NCBI GenBank assembly: GCA_964021995.1
Contig: CAXHZJ010000013.1
Coordinates: 52,182-116,181 of the forward strand
Direction: 5' to 3'
Length of the DNA stretch: 64,000 nt
From: Nocardioides furvisabuli
GTDB lineage: Bacteria > Actinomycetota > Actinomycetes > Propionibacteriales > Nocardioidaceae
The number at the start of each line of letters is the position of its first letter. The first letter of the stretch is position 1. Both the position numbers and the translations under genes were made by a program. Below are positions 51,823 to 60,600 of the stretch, in pieces. Under the pieces are notes generated by a model, which was not told where the DNA came from, did not search any database, and worked only from the letters and a program-made list of their open reading frames with translations.

Positions 51823-53265
51823 TCAGACGTCCGCCGTCATGGACGTCTGGCTGGGAACCGAAGTGGTCAAGACGCGCAGCATCCTCTCGGCCGCATCACG
51901 AGCGCCCGTGAGCTCGGAGGCCTGACCTTGCATCGTGCTCTCGTGACTGGAGAGTGCCTCCTCCAGTGACTCCAGGGTCGATCGCATCTCCGCGACTGCT
52001 CGAGTGAAGTCGTCAGAGCTCGCCGCGCGGTCGTCGGCGAACGCGCGGATCTGCTCAGTGAGGGCTCCGGCGGAAGCGGCGTTGCTCTCCGAGCTGCTTC
52101 CAATCTGCGCAACCGACTGGTTGAGCTGGTTGCTCGCCGACTCCAATGCGCTGATGGCCCGGCCCGTAAAGCCGTCGAGGTGTGCGCCGAGCGACGAGTC
52201 GAGGTCCCCAATCGAGCGAGTGGTCTGCTGTGTGAACCCTTGAACCTCGCTGCCCAATGATGATTGGAACTCGCCGATCGATCGCGTGGTCTCGTGTGCG
52301 AATGCCTGGACTTGTGACCCCAACGAGGACTGGAACTCGGACAGGGACCCGCGCAGCGAAGCATCGAGCGAGCTGCCGGCGGAGACGAGCGAGGTGGTCG
52401 TGGTCTCGATCCCAGACTGGACCGATGACTCAAGCGCACCGATAGCAGCGGAGACGGCGGATCGTGTTTCATCGGCACTGAGCTGGAGCGCCGCAGCAGC
52501 CTCTGCCGCAGACGCCGTCAGTCGGCGCGACTCCTCTCCCGCCTCCTTTGCGGACTTGACCAGCTTGGTCATGTCCTTGGTGATCTGCTTTGAGCTGTCG
52601 GTGAGGTCAGTGACGGCGAGGCGTGTGGCGTCGTGCGCCATCTGCAGCTTCTGCATCGAGGACTTAATGATGCCTTCGATGCGCTGCGGGTGGTCCGCTC
52701 GACGCTGGTTGATGATGCGCTGAGCCTGAGTCAGAGCGTTGACCAAGTCCGTCCGAGCCTGCTTTGCGGCGCCTTCCTCGCGTCGGACGTTGAACTCGGC
52801 TGCCATGCGATGCAACACGAGGAACGCAATCGCGAGGATGATGAGTGACAGGGAGATGCCGGCCATCGGCACAAGCTGGTGTCGTCCGGTGAGATTGCCC
52901 TCGAAACCAGTGGCCCACAAGCTCAGGAAGCTCGTGCCATCCGCCTCGTCACCTTGCGCCAGCATCGACTCGTAGGCGCGGCTCGCGTCGCGAAAGCTCC
53001 ACCACGTCCACGCAACCGGCAAGAAGACCGCGACACCGGACGCGATGCCGAGCAATCGCTCGATCCAGTTGGGGTGGCTGCTGGCGGCCCCGGTGTCAGT
53101 GGGGAACGCGGCGAACAGGTCGAGACCAGCCCAGGAGTCGCCGTCTGGCTTCTCAATGTCCGTGGCAAGTGAGTTGAGATCGATTGCTCGTTTCTCAAAC
53201 CGGATATCACTCGCCAGTGTGCGGAGGTTGGCAGCACAGGCTGCCGTCGTCGCGTCGTCCGACAT
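51823..53265 (-). CDS. MotA/ZorA-like membrane protein with long alpha-helical tail
   Basis: Two transmembrane helices (LLGIASGVAVFLPVAWTWW, LVPMAGISLSLIILAIAFLVL) followed by about 330 aa of Ser/Ala/Thr-rich helical sequence; 1 bp upstream of the MotB-like gene. Confidence 0.6.
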   Translation of the reverse strand: MSDDATTAACAANLRTLASDIRFEKRAIDLNSLATDIEKPDGDSWAGLDLFAAFPTDTGAASSHPNWIERLLGIASGVAVFLPVAWTWWSFRDASRAYESMLAQGDEADGTSFLSLWATGFEGNLTGRHQLVPMAGISLSLIILAIAFLVLHRMAAEFNVRREEGAAKQARTDLVNALTQAQRIINQRRADHPQRIEGIIKSSMQKLQMAHDATRLAVTDLTDSSKQITKDMTKLVKSAKEAGEESRRLTASAAEAAAALQLSADETRSAVSAAIGALESSVQSGIETTTTSLVSAGSSLDASLRGSLSEFQSSLGSQVQAFAHETTRSIGEFQSSLGSEVQGFTQQTTRSIGDLDSSLGAHLDGFTGRAISALESASNQLNQSVAQIGSSSESNAASAGALTEQIRAFADDRAASSDDFTRAVAEMRSTLESLEEALSSHESTMQGQASELTGARDAAERMLRVLTTSVPSQTSMTADV

Positions 53266-53416
53266 CGGTCGTTCTCGTTCCCCTTGATCGCCGGCGCCTG
53301 GCTCTTGCTGTCGGCCTCCGGACACGTCCCCTGAGCTCAAACTCTCGTTGAAGGCTAATCGGGACCTCGGACGTCGTCAGGCAATCGCTGACATTAGGTA
53401 AAGGAGTCTCACCTGT

Positions 53417-54904
53417 TCAGGCGGTGTCCCAGACCCCGCGGCTGAAGGCCCCCAGGATCCGCTGGTGCGTCTGCCGCGGCAGCGCTCGGGTCCCCGGCTC
53501 CCCGAACGGCGTACCGGGTCGAGCAGGCGCTTCCGCCAAGAGGCCATTCAGGCCTGCGCGGGACACCATGAGCAATCCGTGCGTCGCTCGCGTGCAGGTG
53601 ACCGCCAACCGCCCGAACGCTGAGTTGAACTCGTCCAGCCCAGCGGCACCCGATAGCGGGTGGATGGCCACCGTGATGCGGTTGGTCTGCCCCTGCCACT
53701 TGTCGACCGTCGAGGCGTGGAGGAGACCGTCGGGCAGGTCGAGCTCCTCGGACAGCCGTTCGACCATCTCCGCCGCGTCGTCGACCGCTTGGTTGCGCGT
53801 CGCGAGGATCACGATGAGGGGGTCGCCGGTCGGATCCGCCGACGAGACGGTGACGAGCGGCCCCGGTGCGCCTGCGTCGTCGTACTCGCGTTCGGTGAAG
53901 CTGAAGCCCTCGACGAGCAAGGAGCGGAGCAGGTCCTCCACCACCTCGAGCAGAGGTTGGTCGATGTCGGCGGCTTCGGCCTCGGGGAGACCATCGACCT
54001 CGAGCAGCGTCGGGTGCCCGGTGGCCACGGCTCCCCATACGTCGGCGGCAGCGCCGGACAGAGACGGCAGCGACAGCGACCGGTCACCCGGCGCGGCCAC
54101 GCAGTCGAGCTTGTCCCACGAGTCGTAGAACGCCCGCCAGAGCCCCAGCTGCTCCCCGATCGGACGCCAGACGGCCGGCAGCTCGACGACGAAGGTGGTG
54201 CTCACCCGCTCGAAGGCCGTCGGCCAGGCGCGGTACGGGTTGTAGCCCGGGTCGCCGCGCCAGGGGTTCTGGCTGTGGTCGATCGGTGGCAGCTGCCCCA
54301 CGTCTCCGACTCCGACTGCGATGGGTGCCAGGCGCTCGACCTTGTTGAAGAGGTGGAGCGCCATCTCCCAGGCCTCGTCGACGAAGAGCACGTCGAAAGG
54401 AGTCTCGCCGTTTCCGCCGGGACCGAGCCGCTCGAGCAGCCGTTGCGGTTCGCCGAAGACGCCGAGCTTGTGGGAGGTGCCGAGGACGAGCGTGGCGGCT
54501 TCGGGGATCTCCGCGGACTTCGTGGCGACCGTGACCGCCTCGATCACGTTGTCCGGCACCTCGTCGAGACGCTTCGCGGAGACGAACAAGCAGACCTTGT
54601 CCTTGCCGAGCTCGCCGCCCAAGCGCCTCGCGAGGGGATAGATCTGCCGGTTCTTGAACGCGGTGACGGCGACGCGGGCGCAGTTGGGGTTGGCCAGCGC
54701 CTCCTTGACCATCGTGACCAGCGCGTACGACTTGCCTGCGCCAGCAGCGGCCCGGAGCAGGACCTTGTCGTATTCCTCGACGCCGTTGAGGGCATGCATC
54801 AATGCCTGGGTCGCCTCCGCGGCGGCCGAGACGTTGCCTGCCGCTGCAGCGGAGTGGTGGTCTGCCTCGACGTCAACGGTCGGGGCGGTGAAGGTGATCG
54901 TCAC
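53417..54904 (-). CDS. Superfamily 1 (Dna2/UvrD-like) helicase/ATPase
   Basis: AAAGAGKS, FVDEAW, VGDVGQLPP, STVDKWQG and VTCTRA. Confidence 0.75.
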   Translation of the reverse strand: MTITFTAPTVDVEADHHSAAAAGNVSAAAEATQALMHALNGVEEYDKVLLRAAAGAGKSYALVTMVKEALANPNCARVAVTAFKNRQIYPLARRLGGELGKDKVCLFVSAKRLDEVPDNVIEAVTVATKSAEIPEAATLVLGTSHKLGVFGEPQRLLERLGPGGNGETPFDVLFVDEAWEMALHLFNKVERLAPIAVGVGDVGQLPPIDHSQNPWRGDPGYNPYRAWPTAFERVSTTFVVELPAVWRPIGEQLGLWRAFYDSWDKLDCVAAPGDRSLSLPSLSGAAADVWGAVATGHPTLLEVDGLPEAEAADIDQPLLEVVEDLLRSLLVEGFSFTEREYDDAGAPGPLVTVSSADPTGDPLIVILATRNQAVDDAAEMVERLSEELDLPDGLLHASTVDKWQGQTNRITVAIHPLSGAAGLDEFNSAFGRLAVTCTRATHGLLMVSRAGLNGLLAEAPARPGTPFGEPGTRALPRQTHQRILGAFSRGVWDTA

Positions 54905-54908
54905 AGCC

Positions 54909-57578
54909 TTACTCCAGGTCGTCCATGGTCAGCCCCTCGGGCATCTCGACGTCATCGACGGAGTCGGCCGGGTCGTCGTCGAGGGCGATGTCGAACCGAT
55001 CCTGGTCGATGAGCGGAGGCCAGGCCTGCGGGTTGAGCTCGCCCCGCGCGCGACGCTCGGCGAGGTCGTCGGCGTACTCGGCCTCTGCATCCATGTGGGA
55101 CCGGCAGCACCACTGGTGGGTGGCGGGGTCCTCGGAGTAGGAGCTCGGAGTGCACGTCTCCTTGGGCGCGGCCATCCGGTCGACGGACGGACGGGTCACC
55201 GCCAGCTCGTGGCCGGAGCGGAACGAGACGCCGAACCACTCCATCGTGGCGAGCACGAGCTCGTCACCGACGGCGAGCGCAGGAGCAACCTTCGGGTGCC
55301 ACAGCAGGCCAGGTTCGTCGTCCTTCTCGAGCCGCCCGATCGACAGGTTGCCGAACTTGAAGCTGCCGGCCTGGATCTTGAGCGTCACCTCGTCGCTCTC
55401 GACGTACGCCTCGCCGGCCGCGTGCAGAGCCACGACCTCGACACCGTCCTTGAGGTTCCGCGATGCCACGTCGAGCCTGAGCGGGGACGTCGCGATCACC
55501 CTGGCCGTCACCAGATGGCGCATCCCGGCATCGGTCGCTCGGTCGCGCGCGTAGTCGTGGTCGGCCAGCACGGCGAGCTGCTCGCGGCACTTCTCGTCGG
55601 CTTCGAGCATGTCGACCTGGGCGTTGCGCCAGTAGCGGTACGTCCGGGAGAAGCGCACGAGGTCCGAGGCCTGAAGAGCCAGGCGTCGACCCCAGACGAC
55701 CTGGGCGTCGAGCTCGAGGGTCCGGTGCACGGGCCGAAGTCGAGAGTCGTCGAGGCCGTCGAGGACGTCGAGGACCCGGCACAGTACGTCGATGCGGTAC
55801 TCCAGCTCGTCGGTGACGAGGTCGCGGTAGACCACCGGGTCTCCCTTGCCGGGCCGCCCGGCTCGGTGGATCTCGTCCGAGGCTGAGTTGGCGAGCCGGG
55901 CGCCCGGGGTGTGCGCGCGTGAGGTGATGTCGTCGGAGACGGCACGATGGTCGACAGGCGCGGACGCCTCGGCCCAGGTGACGAGGTAGTCGAGACGACC
56001 TGCATCGGCGGTCGGCCCACCCGGGATGAAGTGGGTGGCGAGCACGTCTCGCAGTACGACGACCGGCTGCCGGAGGCTGAACGCGCGTGCCCGGTCCTCC
56101 TCGAGCAGGAAGCTCACCGCGAGACGGGCATCGTCGGGCAGCGGGCCAGGGATCGTCGCCTCATCGCCGTCGAAGGTGAGGGCCGGCCGACCCATCTCGA
56201 GGTCGTGCTCCCACCGGATCCGGCTCAGCTCGACCCCGGCGAGGGAGTCGGCCATGGTGACGAGGAGGTCGGCGGTCGGCTTGTCCGGCACCACTAGGTG
56301 GACCGGTAGGTGACCAGCGGCCATGGCTGCTCGGACCTCGGCCCCGAGCAGTTCCATCACTGCGTGACGGGTCTCGGTGGCGTTGGTCCGCTCGAAGGTC
56401 TCGTAGGCCCACGGCTCGGCACCGGACCCGTCGACGCGCTGCACCGCGACTCCGTGGACGCCGAGCGCCGCCGAGTCGGACTTCACGATCGCGACGTTGA
56501 TCGATCCGGGCACTCCGGCAGAGTCGAGCCGGCGCCGATGGGTGCGGTGGGCGACGCCGTCGAGCGTCGCGGTGACGTTGGCGACCACCTTGCTGGGCGC
56601 GGTGCCGAGGGTGCCTGTGCCGTCGACGAGCCCGACGACGGCAGGTCGGGTGGGCTGAGGCACGCCCATCTCGATGAGCAACGCCTCCGGGTCCGTCGAC
56701 GAGCGCAGCTCGGACCGGCAATAGGTGAAGAGGCTGCAGGACTGGCAGGAGCGCGGGTCGAAGGCCGCCTCGAGGTGTGCCAGGTGGGTCGGCAGGTCGT
56801 CGATGGTCCGCCCGTCCAGCTCTGCCAGCTGCGCGAGACGCTCCTCCGCTCGGACCCGGACCTCGTGACGGTGGTCGGCGAGGTCCTCCACGATGGCTTC
56901 GGGGCGAAGGTAGACGTTGCGCGGCACTGCCAGCGCACCGGAGCGGTGCACCACCATCCCAGCGGGCAGCCGGCTCCACGCTGCGGCGGACTCGGCCCCC
57001 AGCGCCACCTGCAGGAATCCCTTGAGGATCCGCTGGTCGTCGATGCGCGACCGCACGCGCTCGTAGTCCTTCGCGTCACCCATGATCAGCCACGACCCAA
57101 CCGTCTTGTCGCCCTCCTTGCGGGTCGCCACGATGGCGAAGTCCGGCTTGATGGCGGTCGCGTGGTCCTCGGACTCCAGGCTGAGGAACGGCACGGCCAG
57201 GCGGTGCAGCATCGTGGCCTCGCCGGCGTACTCGGCGGCGAGGTGCGCCTGGGCGAGCTCCTGAGCCGTGGTGTCGGCGTGGTCCCCGCCGGAGCGCACG
57301 CGTACGGCGGTGGGGCGGTCGAGCTCGAGCAGACCGACTGCTCGGGTGAGGAGCTCGGAGACGAAGGACGTGTCGTTCACCGCCCGCTCGAAGGCCATCG
57401 CCCGCACCCATCGAGCCTCGGGGATCTTCCCGCCGGTGTCGGGATGGTCGACCAGGCGTGCCAGCGCTCGTCGCGTCATCCCGGTCATCAGCGGATCGGT
57501 CTGCCGAAAGCGGGTGCAGGCAGCATGGGACGACGCGGCGACCGCGCCGCTGCCGCCCCCGGCGATGAGTGTTCCCAC
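54909..57578 (-). CDS. Large Cas4/RecB/Dna2-like PD-(D/E)xK nuclease with predicted Fe-S cluster
   Basis: N-terminal SHAAC, KPDF...GDAKDY...LQVALG and CQSCSLFTYC; GTG start at 57578 preceded by an AAGGGGG RBS. Confidence 0.6.
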   Translation of the reverse strand: MGTLIAGGGSGAVAASSHAACTRFRQTDPLMTGMTRRALARLVDHPDTGGKIPEARWVRAMAFERAVNDTSFVSELLTRAVGLLELDRPTAVRVRSGGDHADTTAQELAQAHLAAEYAGEATMLHRLAVPFLSLESEDHATAIKPDFAIVATRKEGDKTVGSWLIMGDAKDYERVRSRIDDQRILKGFLQVALGAESAAAWSRLPAGMVVHRSGALAVPRNVYLRPEAIVEDLADHRHEVRVRAEERLAQLAELDGRTIDDLPTHLAHLEAAFDPRSCQSCSLFTYCRSELRSSTDPEALLIEMGVPQPTRPAVVGLVDGTGTLGTAPSKVVANVTATLDGVAHRTHRRRLDSAGVPGSINVAIVKSDSAALGVHGVAVQRVDGSGAEPWAYETFERTNATETRHAVMELLGAEVRAAMAAGHLPVHLVVPDKPTADLLVTMADSLAGVELSRIRWEHDLEMGRPALTFDGDEATIPGPLPDDARLAVSFLLEEDRARAFSLRQPVVVLRDVLATHFIPGGPTADAGRLDYLVTWAEASAPVDHRAVSDDITSRAHTPGARLANSASDEIHRAGRPGKGDPVVYRDLVTDELEYRIDVLCRVLDVLDGLDDSRLRPVHRTLELDAQVVWGRRLALQASDLVRFSRTYRYWRNAQVDMLEADEKCREQLAVLADHDYARDRATDAGMRHLVTARVIATSPLRLDVASRNLKDGVEVVALHAAGEAYVESDEVTLKIQAGSFKFGNLSIGRLEKDDEPGLLWHPKVAPALAVGDELVLATMEWFGVSFRSGHELAVTRPSVDRMAAPKETCTPSSYSEDPATHQWCCRSHMDAEAEYADDLAERRARGELNPQAWPPLIDQDRFDIALDDDPADSVDDVEMPEGLTMDDLE

Positions 57579-57682
57579 GAGACCCCCTTGCTGCAGAAGC
57601 ACACTAGGTCGGTAAAGACCGAGGTGGGACCCAAACGGACATAGTGGTGTGGTTGTCAACGAAACCTTGATAGACATCGGGC

Positions 57683-60600
57683 ATGGGGTCGACGATCTAT
57701 GAAGTGCTCGATGAGCTGCGCGCCACTGCCACCTCCGAGGCGGACAAGGGCACGCGCTTCGAGAAGCTGATCAAGGCCTACCTCCGCGTCGATCCGGTCT
57801 TCGCTGATCAGTTCTCGGACGTGTGGCTGTGGGGGGAGTACCCCGGCAACAACGGCAAGCACGACACCGGGATCGACCTGGTGGCCGAGGACCGCAACAC
57901 CGGGCACCACGTCGCCATCCAGTGCAAGTTCTTCGCCCCGAGCACCTCGGTGTCGAAGCCGATGATCGACTCCTTCCTCGCGGCGTCCGGCAAGGACGGC
58001 TTCAAGGAGCGGATCATCGTCTCCACCACCGAGAAGTGGAACAGCAACGCCGAGGAGACGATCCGCCAGCAGCTGATCCCCGTGCGGCGCATCGGCATGA
58101 GCGAGCTCGAGCACTCACGGGTCGACTGGGCGCAGTTCTCCATCGAGACGCCGGAGTACCTCCCCGTCCACGGCAAGAAGACCCCGCGACCGCACCAGCG
58201 GATCGCCATCGACAAGGTGACCGCCGGCTTCGGCGAGACCGACCGCGGCAAGCTGATCATGGCGTGCGGCACCGGCAAGACCTTCACGTCGCTGCGCCTC
58301 GCGGAGGAGAACGTCGGCGCCGGTGGGCGTGTGCTGTTCCTGGTCCCGTCGATCAGCCTGCTGTCGCAGACCGTACGAGAGTGGGTGGGGGAGGCCGACC
58401 TGCCGATCCGACCGCTCGCGGTGTGTTCCGACGCGAAGTCGACCAAGCGGTCGGCCAACACGAGCGAGGACATCTCCACGACGGACCTGGCGCTCCCGGC
58501 AACGACCGATGTCGCGGTCCTGAAGCAGCGTCTGGCGGATGCGGCAGCTGACACGTCCGCGATGACGGTCGTCTTCGCGACCTACCAGTCGATCGACGTC
58601 GTCGCCCAGGCGGTCGACGGCGAGAAGTTCGACCTGATCGTCTCCGACGAGGCTCACCGCACCACCGGTGTCACGCTCGCGGGCGACTCCGAGTCGGCCT
58701 TCGTCCGGGTCCACGATGACGACTACCTGCCTGCCCGCAAGCGGCTCTACATGACCGCGACCCCGCGCATCTACGACGACAACTCGCGCGCCAAGGCCGG
58801 TCAGTCCAGGGCCGTCCTCGCCTCGATGGACGACGAGGAGCTCTACGGCCCGGAGTTCCATCGGCTCGGCTTCGGCGAGGCCGTCGAGGCGGACCTCCTC
58901 ACCGACTACAAGGTGCTCGTCCTCACCGTCGACGAGGAGTCGGTCGCCCGGACTTTCCAGTCGCAGCTCTCCGATGGCGACCACGAGCTCGACCTCGACG
59001 ACGCCGCCAAGATCGTCGGCTGCTGGAACGGTCTCGCCAAGCGCGGCCGGGCCGAGCACGACTTCGCCGACGACCCGGAGCCGATGCGCCGCGCGGTCGC
59101 GTTCGCCGGCAACATCAAGGCGTCCAAGCGGATCGAGGAGCTCTTCACCGACGTCACCCGCTACTACGTCGACCAGGCCAACCTGGAGGACGAGTCCGGC
59201 GAGTCACCCCTCAGCTGCCACGTGCGTCACGTCGACGGCACCTTCAACGCCCTCGAGCGCAACACTCGCATCGACTGGCTCCAGGCCGAGTCAAAGCCCA
59301 ACAACGCCCGGATCCTGACCAACGCCCGCTGCCTCTCCGAGGGCGTGGACGTCCCGGCCCTCGACGCGGTGATGTTCCTGTCGCCGCGCAAGTCCGTCGT
59401 CGACATCGTCCAGTCGGTCGGTCGGGTGATGCGCAAGGCGCCGGGCAAGAAGTTCGGCTACATCATCCTGCCCGTCGGCGTCCCGTCCGGGATGTCGCCG
59501 GAGGAGGCGCTGCGCGACAACAAGAGGTACGCCGCGGTGTGGGAGGTCCTGCAGGCCCTCCGTGCCCACGACGAGCGCTTCGACGCGATGGTCAACCGGA
59601 TCGACCTCACGTCGGAGCGTGACCGCAAGATCAACGTGATCGGTGTCGGTGGCGACAACTCGCGCGACTCCGTGCAGGGCGCGCTCGACCTCGCCTTCGG
59701 GGACCTCGACGCCTGGCGCGACGCGATCTACAGCAAGATCGTCGACAAGGTCGGCACCCGCCACTACTGGCAGGACTGGGCAAAGTCGGTCGCCGACATC
59801 GCCACCCGCCAGACCACCCGGATCAACGCACTCCTCGCCGACGAAGACTCTGCGGTCGCTCGGGAGTTCGACGTCTTCCTCACCGGCCTGCGCGGCAACC
59901 TCAACGAGGGCATCAGCCGCAGCGATGCGATCGACATGCTGGCGCAGCACCTCATCACCCGGCCCGTCTTCAACGCCCTCTTCGAGGGGTCTCAGTTCCT
60001 CGACCACAACCCCGTGGCCAAGGCGATGGAGCGGATGCTCGCTGCGCTCGACGAGCACAACGTCGACGATGAGAACCACACCCTCGAGAAGTTCTACGAG
60101 TCCGTGCGGATGCGCGTGCAGGGCATCAACACCGCGGAGGGCCGCCAGCGGATCATCATCGAGCTCTATGACACGTTCTTCGCCACGGCGTTCAAGAAGA
60201 CCGTCGACAAGCTCGGCATCGTCTACACCCCGGTCGAGATCGTCGACTTCATCCTCAAGTCCGCGGACGACGTGCTGCGGCAGGAGTTCGGCCAGGGCCT
60301 GACCGACGAGGGCGTCCGCATCCTTGACGGCTTCACCGGCACGGGCACCTTCATGGTCCGCCTGCTCCAGTCGGGCCTTATCAAGCCCGAGGACCTCGCC
60401 CGCAAGTACGCCAACGAGCTGCACGCCAACGAGATCCTCCTGCTGGCTTACTACATCGCCGCGGTCAACATCGAGACCACCTACTTCGACGTCATGACCA
60501 AGGTTGCTGCGCCGGGTGGCGGCAGGCGGGCTGCGGCGCCCGGTCATGAGTACGTCGAGTTCCCCGGCCTGATCCTCACCGACACCTTCCAGTCCTGGGA

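Noticed and set aside
51309-53265. Flagellar stator motAB or a chemoreceptor
   Set aside because: No flagellar or chemotaxis genes nearby, no MCP signalling hairpin motif, a long tail not found in MotA, and coupling to helicases in a defence island.
54909-57578. CRISPR-associated cas4
   Set aside because: The protein is far larger than Cas4, and there is no cas1, cas2 or array in the window.
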